Notes: a model not told the origin generated them from the sequence alone. Counted from the first letter of the stretch, positions 41,541 through 50,947 are shown. The stretch is DNA of 64,000 nucleotides from Pseudomonadota bacterium (GCA_043718025.1 JAYSWN010000068.1:64001-128000), one strand, 5' to 3'. Program-made: numbers and translations.

Positions 41541-43070
41541 TTAGTGGCGAAAATGGCGGTGGCCGGTAAAGACCATGGCCATTTCATTTTCATCACAGGC
41601 GGCGATCACTTCAGCGTCGCGTTGTGACCCGCCGGGCTGCACAATGGCGGAGATTCCCAGGCCCTTCATCGCGTCGATGTTGTCGCGGAAGGGGAAGAAA
41701 GCGTCGGAGGCGACGACGGCACCTTTAATTTTGCCGCTCGCTTTGGCCTTATAAATAGCCGACTCCATGGCGTCGACTCGGCTGGTTTGGCCAGATCCAA
41801 TGCCAATCGTAACGCCATCTTTTACGATAACGATGGCGTTAGACTTGGCGTGCTTTACCACTTTCCAGGCAAATTCTAAGTCGTGTTGAGCGTTACCCAA
41901 AAGTGGTTTTCGAGTAACCGTCTTTAAGTCGCCCAAGTCAGAGCGGTTGTCGGTGGTCTGAGCGAGCCAGCCGCCGAGACTTGGACGCACTTCGAAGGTG
42001 CCTGACGCCGGGGTGGGCCACTCGATGAGACGCAAATTCTTTTTGGCCGCCAGCGAGTGGAGAGCCGCCTCGCTAAATTTGGGCGCTACGATCACTTCCA
42101 CAAAATATTGGGAAATGGCTTGGGCGGTCGGTCCGTCTATTTCGCGGTTCACCGCAATGATGCCACCGAAGGCCGACTTAGAGTCAGACTCCCAAGCTTT
42201 CTCAAAGACTTTAAGCAGTGGTTCTTTATCGGACCCAGTCGCCACACCACACGGCGAGTTGTGTTTGATGATCGCAACGGCCGGGTTAATAAATTCGGCG
42301 GCTAAACGCACGGCCGCTTCGGCGTCGAGCAAGTTGTTGTACGAAAGCTCTTTGCCTTGCAGCACTTTCCAGTTGGCTTGAGGAGTGCGCACATAAACCG
42401 CGGTTTGGTGAGGGTTTTCGCCGTAGCGCAAATTTTCGTGGGGCGTGAGGGCCAGTTTCTCGGGGATTTCAATCGGCGCGGATTTATTCTCGTTAAGCCA
42501 CGCCGACGCGATCATGCCGTCGTAGTCTGAAGTACGGCGAAAAGTTCGCGCCGCCATCCGCTTGCGAAGCTCAAGCGAGGTGCCGCCAAAGGCCGCGAAC
42601 TCTTTCAAAAATTCATCGTAATCGGCGGGGTCGGAAAGCACCGTGACCGATTTATGATTTTTGGAGGCCGCGCGAATAAGGGATGGCCCGCCGATATCCA
42701 CAAAGCTGGCCTGCTTTTGGGTGGGTTCGTTCAAATGATCCCAAAAAGGGTAGAGGTTCACTACCACTAAATCAAAGAGGGGAAGCTCGTAGCGCTTGCA
42801 CTCTTCCATGTCCTTGGCTTCATCGCGGCGGGCAAGAATGCCGCCGAAAACGCGGGGGTGAAGGGTTTTTACCCGACCGTCGAGCATTTCAGGAAACTGG
42901 GTAACGGATTCGACTTCCGTGATGGTGTAACCGCAGGAGTCTAAAAACTTGGCGGTGCCGCCGGTAGCGTACAGGCCGACCTTTCTTTCAACCAACTGCT
43001 GACAAAGCTTTTCAAGCTGAGCCTTATCGGAAACACTTAGCAATGCTTTGGAAATGGGCAGATGCGTCAT
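41541..43070 (-). CDS. purH: Bifunctional AICAR transformylase/IMP cyclohydrolase
   Basis: ALLSVSDK, GRVKTLHP, DIGGP, LRYGENPHQ, ASDAFFPF, QPGGS, RHFRH. Confidence 0.98.
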   Translation of the reverse strand: MTHLPISKALLSVSDKAQLEKLCQQLVERKVGLYATGGTAKFLDSCGYTITEVESVTQFPEMLDGRVKTLHPRVFGGILARRDEAKDMEECKRYELPLFDLVVVNLYPFWDHLNEPTQKQASFVDIGGPSLIRAASKNHKSVTVLSDPADYDEFLKEFAAFGGTSLELRKRMAARTFRRTSDYDGMIASAWLNENKSAPIEIPEKLALTPHENLRYGENPHQTAVYVRTPQANWKVLQGKELSYNNLLDAEAAVRLAAEFINPAVAIIKHNSPCGVATGSDKEPLLKVFEKAWESDSKSAFGGIIAVNREIDGPTAQAISQYFVEVIVAPKFSEAALHSLAAKKNLRLIEWPTPASGTFEVRPSLGGWLAQTTDNRSDLGDLKTVTRKPLLGNAQHDLEFAWKVVKHAKSNAIVIVKDGVTIGIGSGQTSRVDAMESAIYKAKASGKIKGAVVASDAFFPFRDNIDAMKGLGISAIVQPGGSQRDAEVIAACDENEMAMVFTGHRHFRH

Positions 43071-43190
43071 TTGACACCTAAAAGCCTAGTCGTTACTTAA
43101 CTTTAGGTAGTCCGTCAAACCGTGGGTATTACCTTTGCTGCCTTGCTTAAAATGGCTTGGTGGTGAGAGCGGGTAATCAGGAGTGTGATC

Positions 43191-44375
43191 GTGTCGGAAA
43201 ATGTAAATGATGTTCCAAATAAAAATTGGAAATTCGAAACCATGGCCGTGCATGCTGGAGTAAAACCCGACCCGTCCACCGGCGCCATCATGACGCCCAT
43301 TTACGCCACCAGCACCTACGTGCAGAAATCGCCGGGTGAGCACCAAGGCTACGATTATTCGCGAGCCGGAAACCCTACGCGTAGCGCGCTCGAACAGAGT
43401 TTGGCTGCGCTCGAAGGTGCCAAGTACGGGTTTGCCTTTTCGTCGGGCTGTGCCGCCTCGGATACCTTGTTGCATTTGCTAAAAACCGGTGACCATTTAG
43501 TTTCGGTCGACGATGTTTACGGCGGCTCCAGTAGACTCTTCCGCACGGTTTGGGCTCAACACGGAATGCAGGTCACTTTTGGTGACCTATCTAAAAGTAG
43601 TCCGGCCGATTTCGCCAAGCCCAACACTAAAATGATCTGGATCGAGACCCCCACCAACCCGTTGCTTAAGGTGATCGACATTCAGCGCGTCGTGGACTGG
43701 GCCGCTAAACAGAATCCGCGCCCGCTGGTTATCGTCGATAACACTTTTGCGACGCCTTACTTTCAGCAACCACTTAAGCTTGGTGCCGATGTAGTTTTGC
43801 ACTCCACCACGAAGTACATTAACGGCCATAGCGATGTGATCGGCGGCGCCTTAATGACCAATAACCTTGAGTTGAGCGAGCGCATTTATCACATTCAGAA
43901 GTCGGCGGGTGGAGTGGCGAGCCCTTTCGACGCCTTCTTAACGTTGCGAGGAATTAAGACTCTGGCCCTGCGCATGAAACGGCATCAGGAGAGCGCTTCG
44001 GAGCTCGCGGAGTGGCTGGAAAAACACCCTCAAGTTGAGAAAGTGATTTATCCCGGTCTGACGTCGCACCCAAATTACGGAGTGGCTAAAAAGCAAATGT
44101 CGGGCAGCGGCGGCATGATCACTTTTTTCTTAAAGGGCGGATTGGCCAATGCGCGGCGAATGCTTGAAAACGTGCGCCTGTTTGCTTGCGCTGAGAGCTT
44201 GGGCGGGGTGGAGTCGCTGATTGAACACCCGGCCATCATGACTCATGCGTCGTTGCCCAGCGAGACTCGGGCGTCGTTGGGAATTTCGGATACGCTGGTG
44301 CGCTTAAGTGTGGGCATTGAGGCGTTAGACGACATAAAGGCCGATCTCGAGTACGCTTTGGCCAAAGCGAAATAA
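43191..44375 (+). CDS. Cystathionine gamma-lyase/synthase (Cys/Met metabolism PLP enzyme)
   Basis: YSRAGNPTR, ETPTNP, DNTFATP, HSTTKYINGHSD, ESLGGVESL; GTG 43191 with AGGAG RBS. Confidence 0.93.
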   Translation: MSENVNDVPNKNWKFETMAVHAGVKPDPSTGAIMTPIYATSTYVQKSPGEHQGYDYSRAGNPTRSALEQSLAALEGAKYGFAFSSGCAASDTLLHLLKTGDHLVSVDDVYGGSSRLFRTVWAQHGMQVTFGDLSKSSPADFAKPNTKMIWIETPTNPLLKVIDIQRVVDWAAKQNPRPLVIVDNTFATPYFQQPLKLGADVVLHSTTKYINGHSDVIGGALMTNNLELSERIYHIQKSAGGVASPFDAFLTLRGIKTLALRMKRHQESASELAEWLEKHPQVEKVIYPGLTSHPNYGVAKKQMSGSGGMITFFLKGGLANARRMLENVRLFACAESLGGVESLIEHPAIMTHASLPSETRASLGISDTLVRLSVGIEALDDIKADLEYALAKAK

Positions 44376-44381
44376 CGAAGC

Positions 44382-45329
44382 GTGAAAAATACAGTCATCA
44401 TTTGGGGCGGCGCAATACTTTGCCTTTTTCCGTTTGTGACTTCAGCCACGGCTTTGGTAGCTGGTCTATTTTTAAGCCTCGGCCTCAACATCGTAGCTAA
44501 TTCCGATCAGAAAAAAGCGGCGAAACTGGCGATGCAGCTTTCGATCGTTTTTTTAGGGTTCGGTATGGATCCGTCGGCCGTGGTGCGAGCCGGAACCCAC
44601 GGTATTTTATTTACCGCGGGTTCCATTGCTTTCACTTTATTTGCCGGCTGGTGGCTGGCGCGTTGGTATGGCGTACCCAAACGCTTGGGCACATTGCTTG
44701 CGATGGGTACCGCCATCTGCGGGGCTAGCGCAATCGCCGCCGTCACGCCGATAATCAAAGCGGAACACGAAGAGGTTGCGGTAGCCCTAGCCGTAGTTTT
44801 TCTTTTGAACTCTACGGCACTTCTCTTTTTTCCGGAGATGGGCCACGCCTTGGGAATGACGGCAGTGAGTTTTGGCACCTTCGCCGGCATCGCGATTCAC
44901 GACACGAGTTCGGTGGTGGGAGCCGCGGCCCGTTTTTCAGAGGCCAGCCTTTCTGTCGCCACAACCGTAAAGCTTACCCGGGCGCTGTGGATATTGCCCA
45001 TCACTTTAGTTCTGGGGGCGCTGTCTACTCATGATGCGACTCAAAAATTTTCGTGGAAGAAAGCAATTAAGGCGGGGTTACCCTGGTTTATTCCCGCATT
45101 TTTGATCGCGGTGGCCATTCGTGCGGTATGGACGGGCGGCATGACGGTGTTCTTGGTGCTCTCGCGAATTGGTAAGGCAGGATTAAACGCAGGAATTTTT
45201 CTAATCGGCGTGCAAATGAGTAGGGCGGCCCTAACCAAGGCCGGCGCTCGCCCGTTAATGATGGGCGTAACGCTTTGGGCCGTTGTTATCGTGATGACGT
45301 TGATTTTGGTGCTGAACGGCGTTTTTTGA
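44382..45329 (+). CDS. YeiH/UPF0324 family membrane protein (putative sulfate/sulfite exporter)
   Basis: GTAICGASAIAA, GIAIHDTSSVVGAA, TTVKLTRALW; many TM helices. Confidence 0.88.
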   Translation: MKNTVIIWGGAILCLFPFVTSATALVAGLFLSLGLNIVANSDQKKAAKLAMQLSIVFLGFGMDPSAVVRAGTHGILFTAGSIAFTLFAGWWLARWYGVPKRLGTLLAMGTAICGASAIAAVTPIIKAEHEEVAVALAVVFLLNSTALLFFPEMGHALGMTAVSFGTFAGIAIHDTSSVVGAAARFSEASLSVATTVKLTRALWILPITLVLGALSTHDATQKFSWKKAIKAGLPWFIPAFLIAVAIRAVWTGGMTVFLVLSRIGKAGLNAGIFLIGVQMSRAALTKAGARPLMMGVTLWAVVIVMTLILVLNGVF

Positions 45330-45402
45330 TTAAAGCGAGAACGCCGAATATTCCCCAGGGTCGCGCCTAAAGAAGCATCGTGGTGGTTGTTCAACAGCCT
45401 GC

Positions 45403-46068
45403 TCACTTGGTTCCAAACTGGTAGGCAACCTGGGAATCGTCGGAGAAGATCGGATTGCGAACGAAAAAGGCCGCCTGCACGGTAAATGGACGACGGGCGA
45501 TCTTAGATTCCGCCTGGCTCGACAAGGCACCGACGATATGAAAACGAACAAAACAATTCTCGGTCGTGGGATTGACGGCATGTTGCTCGCTGATGCGCCG
45601 GGGTAACAGTGGACACGTTTCGCTGTCCATTTTTGTGTCGCCGCAGAACGTAACTGTCTTGATATGACGATAGCTCGCGCCGGAAGACCAAGTTCCCAGC
45701 TCTTCATCCGTTAACGTTTCATAGAATACGGTATGGCTCACGGTATCTAAACGAAAGCGAACCTCCGTCGTGTCGCCCGTGGGTGGCCGTTTAAAGTCGA
45801 CGGAGCATTGAAGCGTTGTTTCATTCGCTTCACGGCAGCCGCTCGGACTTACGCCCGGGACCACACTGGCGGCCCGGCCAATTTTGAGAATGTGGTCGGT
45901 GAGCGCGGTAACACTCTCTTCCATGGCCGACCGATCCGAAAATAGGAACGATAAGAAAGTCTGGTTGCCACCCACCCTGAGAAATAGGGTCGTGGCGAGC
46001 GAAAGGAGGACCATTACGATGAGTGTTTCAAGCAATGTGAACCCTTTATCGGAATAGATTTGACGCAT
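45403..46068 (-). CDS. Type IV minor pilin/pseudopilin (PilW/PulJ-like)
   Basis: KG|FTLLETLIVMVLL N-methylation motif; Cys residues in the globular domain. Confidence 0.85.
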   Translation of the reverse strand: MRQIYSDKGFTLLETLIVMVLLSLATTLFLRVGGNQTFLSFLFSDRSAMEESVTALTDHILKIGRAASVVPGVSPSGCREANETTLQCSVDFKRPPTGDTTEVRFRLDTVSHTVFYETLTDEELGTWSSGASYRHIKTVTFCGDTKMDSETCPLLPRRISEQHAVNPTTENCFVRFHIVGALSSQAESKIARRPFTVQAAFFVRNPIFSDDSQVAYQFGTK

Positions 46069-46069
46069 T

Positions 46070-46663
46070 TTATTTCTCCAAAATTAGCAGCGAGAGTTGA
46101 ACTTCTTTTTCTTCGAATCCACCACTGCGTGCCGCCACCCAATTAGCCACCACCGAAACCAGTAGAGTTTGATTTGGGCTTAGCGGGAATTCCGCTGGGG
46201 TTTTGCCGCAAGCTTTGGAATTTACTTCTCGCGTGATGCGATCGATCACCTCGACTCGGTAATAGCGATTAAGCGTCTGCATGGTGCCAACATTTTCTGG
46301 CCCCCCTTCATTCGCCGCAGAGCCGGCTAAGGGGTCGGGCAGGGCGACGACCCCCGTTGCCCGATCAAGCCGATTAATATCGGCACAAAAAGCGTAAGGA
46401 AGGCTCGTTGGATCGACGGGGTTTTTGCCGAGGTACGCAAGGAGCGTGTTGTTTTTCATTGAACGAAAGAATTCGGCAAGCTCGGTTGCACTCGATTGAG
46501 CAATCACTCGCTGCTGCACTCGTGCCATCGTCTTGCGCGATGAGACCTCTCCCACCAACATGATGAAGAGGGCCAGCGAGATGATTAGCAGGGACATCAC
46601 AAACGATAAAAGAGTGAAGCCACTTTTACCCCGGAGGTAAGAGTGCGGTTTAAAGTCTCTCAT
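46070..46663 (-). CDS. Pilin-like protein (PilV-like, Glu5 replaced by Ser)
   Basis: KSG|FTLLSFVMSLLIISLALF; C-terminal RYYRVEV...VSVVANW pattern typical of minor pilins. Confidence 0.75.
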   Translation of the reverse strand: MRDFKPHSYLRGKSGFTLLSFVMSLLIISLALFIMLVGEVSSRKTMARVQQRVIAQSSATELAEFFRSMKNNTLLAYLGKNPVDPTSLPYAFCADINRLDRATGVVALPDPLAGSAANEGGPENVGTMQTLNRYYRVEVIDRITREVNSKACGKTPAEFPLSPNQTLLVSVVANWVAARSGGFEEKEVQLSLLILEK

Positions 46664-46665
46664 GT

Positions 46666-48810
46666 TTATTCCTTTCCCACGGGTTGAAATTCAGTCTCTT
46701 CAGGATACGGTTCGCCCGGAGGGTAGCTCATGGTTTTACCTCTTCCGAGCATTCCGTTGCTGTTGTAGCCTTTGCAATACGCTCGTTCCGTAGTCTCAAG
46801 GCAACTAATGCGAAACAAGCTCGAAAGAACGCGTGTGATTTTAGGGTGGTGGGGCAGGTTTGGCCTTTCCCACAAAACCGGCTTTTGTATGAACGCGGGA
46901 GTGGCGCCGTAAGTTCGTCCCCAATAGAAGAGTTTTCCCGATTTTTCTTCGGCGACGATTTGGCCGTCAAAGGTTCCCAACAATTTTGTAGTGCCAGAGT
47001 AGTTAGCCACCCCTTCGGTCTCCACGGCACGCGGAGTGTAATCCCACGGAATGTGGTAGCTCGTCGGGGAATTGAAAGAGAGGTAATCTGGGGGAACGTG
47101 GCCCGGGGGACGGGTAACGACGGGGCCACGCCCGAGCAATCCGCTATAACCCGTATGCCCCCAACTCGATAGTTTACCGTTACGGTGAACTGCGAATACC
47201 ACATTGTTGATACAGGAGAGGTTGAGATCGTTTTCCGTTTCGCCGGGTCCCAGCAAAGACGCCAAGTTGAGCTTATGAGGCGGCGTTGTGGAGTTTGATC
47301 CGATTCGGACCGTGTGAGGATGCACCAGAATATCTCGCGATGAATTCTCTCCCGTGGTGTACCAACTGCCGCCGCTGGTCTGCAGGTAAATGGCGTTTCC
47401 GCAGGCATTCATTTGGCTCCATTTTTCATTGTTTGCGGGAACTTGGAAGTGCGTGCCGTCGTTGGCGTCATTTCCGCAAAATGACCAGGTTAAGCGAACG
47501 GGGTCATAGGAAATTCCGGAGCCCAAACTTGCTAACGAGTTTTCCTTTAAGAGATAAACACCCCAGCCGCTGTTTATCCGGCCCCAACAGTAGATCTCCC
47601 CTTCAGAAGTAAGACCGCAGGTCTGTTGGTCGAGTACTGCGACGTCCGAAAAGGCGGGGACTGGCTTGCCCTCCGGAAGACGCATGGGAAGAGGCTTCTT
47701 GGAACAGATTTCTTCTTTCAAACAAATGTCTGGAGCCTTTCCCCCTTGTCCGAGCAGACCATAATCTGAGGAGGAGGCCTCGTTCTCTCTCTCGTTAACT
47801 TGATCGAGCCCCCAGCAGTAGAGTTTCTTATCTTTGGAAAGGCCACAGAACCGATGTGCCCCGCCAGTAATTTTAGTGAAAGTCTTCTCGCCGGACATTG
47901 CGGAGGTGTCCACGGGTAGTGGAAAAGACGCACAGAGTACCGGATGTGTTTTTGGTGCCGGCCAAGCAAGGTCCTCTTCCGTCGTGCACGGTTCGAGCCC
48001 TTTCGTACTTTCTCCAATTCCAAGACTGCCTCTCATGTGCTCTCCCCAGCAATAGGCCTTTCCCGCTCGGTCGAGGCCGCAAACGGCCTCCCCATTGGTG
48101 GCTAGTGATACGATGGGAATGTCTCGTCTGCCGGCAGGCGTGGGAGTTGGTGAAGGACTTGGACTCGGTTGTGGATCCGGATCCGGACTTGGACTGGGTG
48201 ACGGATCGGGGCTCGGCGATGGATCCGGATTCGGCGTTGGCGTGGGACTTGGCAAAGCATCCGGACTCGGCGTTGGAATGGGGCTCGGTGTGGGGGACGG
48301 AGTAAGTGGGGTCTTTAAGGCGAGGCAAGTTTGAATCATAGTACCATTCATTTTTTTTCGACCGCAAAGACTGGCTCCGCTAAGAAGAAAATGGGTAGGA
48401 TTTTTGGGATCGACGGGGGGTAACTTTACGGAGAAATCTCCCCCCGAAAACCGTTTCATCGCGCTTGAGTAAATTGGTTTTGTCGGCGTCTCATTTTCCT
48501 TAGGTTCGGCGACGCCATTCTCGATGAAGTCGACGCGGCGAATGCAATCCCCGGCGCTGGCATCAATGACTTCAGCTTTTACGGCATAATATTGATTCAA
48601 CGCCACCACTTCTGCATCGAGCACAGCCTGCTGGGAGTTCAGCCGTGTCGTCTGGCGCCGAACGTGAACTGAACTCAGCACTTGAATCGCGGTTACCCAA
48701 CTCATGCTCAGGGTCAATAACAGGACGGCCGTAGCGACGAATACATCGCCCTTGCTGTTTTTTAGTCCTCGACGAAGTTGAATCTTAAAAAAATGTGAGT
48801 GCAGAGGCAA
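46666..48810 (-). CDS. Pilin-like N-terminus plus Pro/Ser/Thr stalk plus RCC1-like repeat propeller (putative tip adhesin)
   Basis: [27 protein letters not shown] run; repeated CGL...G..YCWG and G.LG.G RCC1-type motifs; TTG start with AGGAG RBS. Confidence 0.8.
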   Translation of the reverse strand: MPLHSHFFKIQLRRGLKNSKGDVFVATAVLLLTLSMSWVTAIQVLSSVHVRRQTTRLNSQQAVLDAEVVALNQYYAVKAEVIDASAGDCIRRVDFIENGVAEPKENETPTKPIYSSAMKRFSGGDFSVKLPPVDPKNPTHFLLSGASLCGRKKMNGTMIQTCLALKTPLTPSPTPSPIPTPSPDALPSPTPTPNPDPSPSPDPSPSPSPDPDPQPSPSPSPTPTPAGRRDIPIVSLATNGEAVCGLDRAGKAYCWGEHMRGSLGIGESTKGLEPCTTEEDLAWPAPKTHPVLCASFPLPVDTSAMSGEKTFTKITGGAHRFCGLSKDKKLYCWGLDQVNERENEASSSDYGLLGQGGKAPDICLKEEICSKKPLPMRLPEGKPVPAFSDVAVLDQQTCGLTSEGEIYCWGRINSGWGVYLLKENSLASLGSGISYDPVRLTWSFCGNDANDGTHFQVPANNEKWSQMNACGNAIYLQTSGGSWYTTGENSSRDILVHPHTVRIGSNSTTPPHKLNLASLLGPGETENDLNLSCINNVVFAVHRNGKLSSWGHTGYSGLLGRGPVVTRPPGHVPPDYLSFNSPTSYHIPWDYTPRAVETEGVANYSGTTKLLGTFDGQIVAEEKSGKLFYWGRTYGATPAFIQKPVLWERPNLPHHPKITRVLSSLFRISCLETTERAYCKGYNSNGMLGRGKTMSYPPGEPYPEETEFQPVGKE
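48136..48312 (-). repeat. Low-complexity Pro-Ser/Thr/Asp dipeptide repeat (coding linker)
   Basis: [56 protein letters not shown]. Confidence 0.85.
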
Positions 48811-48857
48811 TGTCGCTCCTAAAGTGGATTTAATGAATCTGGCTTAGGTGTACCTTT

Positions 48858-48902
48858 AGACTACGCAAAGGCCGGTTTCTGCTCCACCTACGAATTTGGT
48901 GC
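48858..48902 (-). promoter_or_regulatory. 18-bp motif copy 1 plus -10-like element, upstream of the pilin/RCC1 operon
   Basis: GCACCAAATTCGTAGGTG (48885-48902), then N21, then TAGTCT (48858-48863). Confidence 0.7.
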
Positions 48903-48954
48903 GATGGGTTGCAACTTGCGTGGAAAATGAGTGGTGGTGAACGTCGTAAATGAC

Positions 48955-49000
48955 GAAGGTCTCCCTTCTCGTTAGGTGGGTAACGAAAAGGGAGACCTTC
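48955..49000 (-). terminator. 20-bp stem-loop downstream of the EF-hand gene (terminator or 3' stabiliser)
   Basis: GAAGGTCTCCCTTTTCGTTA-CCCACC-TAACGAGAAGGGAGACCTTC; the single mismatch is a U.G wobble only on the minus strand; no U-tract on that strand. Confidence 0.65.
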
Positions 49001-49069
49001 TTTCTGCGAGATTACTAGGGGGAATATAGCTAGAGGGTAACACTTTCGGAAGGGGGGGCTTGCGGAGTT

Positions 49070-49675
49070 TTAACGATAGACATTGGCTGCCGCCGTGATT
49101 TCATCATTGTCTAGCCACTGGTCTTGATTGAGATCGACCCAACCATGACGTGCGTAGCATTCCATCTTTGGTTTCGTGGAATTGAGCAGGTACTCCGCGA
49201 CCAAAAATGAAGCGCTGCGCAGTGCTGTCTTCTCCGTCGTCGAAAGAGCACCATCTTTATTGGTATCAGCCTTTGAAAAATAGACCAGCTCGGCAACCAG
49301 ACAGTTGTGAATTGAACTTCGGTCGGAGAGATCTGTAAATGCATACGTCTCGATTGACCGACGGTTTACGAGACCGAGCAAGGACTTCACGATTTCACTA
49401 TCGAAAGCACTGATGACTCCGTCGCGGTTCAGGTCAAACATTTGATTTTGCGTCGTGATTCGAGCCCCCAAGTTATTCATGATTCCTCCGTAGGCCTCAT
49501 GGTATTCTCGAGGGGTAAAAACGCCGTCCCCATTTGTGTCTAATAAGCGCGAAAACATCTGATGTAGTTTAAAGCTGGTACGTCCATTCAATTGGTTCAC
49601 GCATTCCGCGTGGGCTCGCGTTGAATTGATGACGAGGGCCAGCAATAGTAGCGGTAGGCCGAGGGTAATTTTCAT
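49070..49675 (-). CDS. Secreted EF-hand/dockerin-like Ca2+-binding protein
   Basis: Signal peptide MKITLGLPLLLLALVINSTRAHA; loops DTNGDGVFTPRE, DLNRDGVISAFD, DTNKDGALSTTE, DLNQDQWLDNDE; ATG 49675 with AGGAG RBS. Confidence 0.82.
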   Translation of the reverse strand: MKITLGLPLLLLALVINSTRAHAECVNQLNGRTSFKLHQMFSRLLDTNGDGVFTPREYHEAYGGIMNNLGARITTQNQMFDLNRDGVISAFDSEIVKSLLGLVNRRSIETYAFTDLSDRSSIHNCLVAELVYFSKADTNKDGALSTTEKTALRSASFLVAEYLLNSTKPKMECYARHGWVDLNQDQWLDNDEITAAANVYR

Positions 49676-49714
49676 GTCTTTCACTCCTGTTATGGTTGGG
49701 GGGCTGATGTACTT

Positions 49715-49759
49715 AGAATACGGAGAATGCGGTGAGTGGCCCACGTACGAATTTGGTGC
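49715..49759 (-). promoter_or_regulatory. 18-bp motif copy 2 plus -10-like element, upstream of the EF-hand gene
   Basis: GCACCAAATTCGTACGTG (49742-49759), then N21, then TATTCT (49715-49720). Confidence 0.7.
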
Positions 49760-49857
49760 GAAGTCTTGGGCAGAGAAACAGTATCCCTTCCGAAATTCAT
49801 TTCCAGAAAGTACCCATTAGCTTGCTTATCATTTTTGGAAACAGAATGGGTGAGAGG

Positions 49858-50784
49858 TTAAAAACCAACTGCTTCGAGAGTGTTGCGCTCGCCACTACGG
49901 GAGGCGCTAGAGTCGCCAGTGCTGCCGGTGACGCCTCGGAATGCGCCCGCGCCTGAATCCACGGGGGGGCCGCCCGCCAACTCAGAGAAATGGTACATCC
50001 AGTTACCGACACCATCCAAGCCGTTATAAATGAAACCGCCGAATCGATAACTTACCGATCTTCCGCCACCCGTCTTAATAACATCCTCCGAATGAATCTC
50101 GATGTAATCACTTCCGGTCGGGGACATGGAGCCGGCAGAAATGATTGCGCCGCCCGAATATTTAACCTGGCCATTGGCATTTAGTTTTGCCGTCACAATG
50201 ATGGCATCGCGTTTCTCAATATGAGTAAGCCCATCTTCATGGTTTGTGGGCTCAGCAGCAACCGCCGCGGCCTCAACAATATATTCTTGATCTGGCTCAG
50301 GAGGACTCGAACCAATAGCTGCGGTGCGAGCGGCACTGTTTTTTCGCTCACTTAGTGGTTTCCAGACAATTGGAATCAAGGGGAAGGGATTTTCATCGTA
50401 CTCGGTCAAGTAGACGGTTTTCGCCCCGATGGAGAACGGTTCGGGAGGACGAGAAAGGCGAATTGCTTTCTGTCCTGCAGTGTCACCGCCAGCGGGGTCT
50501 TGGGCCACCACGTAGCCATTTTTTGTTACAAACAAAAATCTTAGCGCCCGTCCCGTTGCGTAGTTCCCCCTGCCATCTTCGATCGTGGTCATCGGGGAAT
50601 TCGGGTGCAAGGACCAAGCAATGGCCACGGCTCCAGAAATGCCAGTGGTAGTTCCGGCACCGGTGGTGACACCGCCTCCCTGGGGGCGGGCACATTGCCC
50701 AATGCCTACGGTGGAAAGGCCGATGAGAAGGTAGCCTAACCATCTCCAAGCCTTAAATGGTTTTGTCGGCAATGGGCGCATCAA
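49858..50784 (-). CDS. Hypothetical exported protein, possible lipoprotein
   Basis: Hydrophobic N-terminus ending GIGQC, G/T-rich linker, beta-rich body; GAGG RBS. Confidence 0.7.
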   Translation of the reverse strand: MMRPLPTKPFKAWRWLGYLLIGLSTVGIGQCARPQGGGVTTGAGTTTGISGAVAIAWSLHPNSPMTTIEDGRGNYATGRALRFLFVTKNGYVVAQDPAGGDTAGQKAIRLSRPPEPFSIGAKTVYLTEYDENPFPLIPIVWKPLSERKNSAARTAAIGSSPPEPDQEYIVEAAAVAAEPTNHEDGLTHIEKRDAIIVTAKLNANGQVKYSGGAIISAGSMSPTGSDYIEIHSEDVIKTGGGRSVSYRFGGFIYNGLDGVGNWMYHFSELAGGPPVDSGAGAFRGVTGSTGDSSASRSGERNTLEAVGF

Positions 50785-50859
50785 CCAATTACCTCGTTGG
50801 GGGGAATAATGAATAGAGGCTCCCTTATTGTAGGTGTTTCTGAGATTGGGTGAAATTGC

Positions 50860-50874
50860 GCAATTTCGATGCCA
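50860..50874 (-). promoter_or_regulatory. sigma54 (-24/-12) promoter of the 49858-50784 gene
   Basis: TGGCATCGAAATTGC = GG-N10-GC, close match to TGGCAC-N5-TTGC. Confidence 0.7.
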
Positions 50875-50929
50875 GACGGATATCTTAATTGGGCTGAGAA
50901 AGATGAGGGTTTAAGCAAATTGTGTTGGG

Positions 50930-50947
50930 CACGTACTAATTTGGTGC
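50930..50947 (-). promoter_or_regulatory. 18-bp motif copy 3 in the divergent promoter region of the regulator
   Basis: GCACCAAATTAGTACGTG; covers the expected -35 position of the plus-strand TATAAT at 50960-50965. Confidence 0.65.

Noticed and set aside
46684..48367. Overlapping ORFs within the RCC1 gene (e.g. 46728-47408, 47873-48367, 47898-48305)
   Set aside because: Explained by repeat-derived open frames; the main 714-aa frame is intact with no sign of a frameshift
48855..48885. ACGCAAAGGCCGG resembling part of a c-di-GMP-I riboswitch
   Set aside because: It is on the strand opposite the downstream operon and lacks the GGCAAAC...GAAA P2 stem
48885..50947. Three near-identical 18-mers as a CRISPR array
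   Set aside because: They are about 860 and 1190 nt apart with whole genes between them, and there are no cas genes; a regulatory motif fits better
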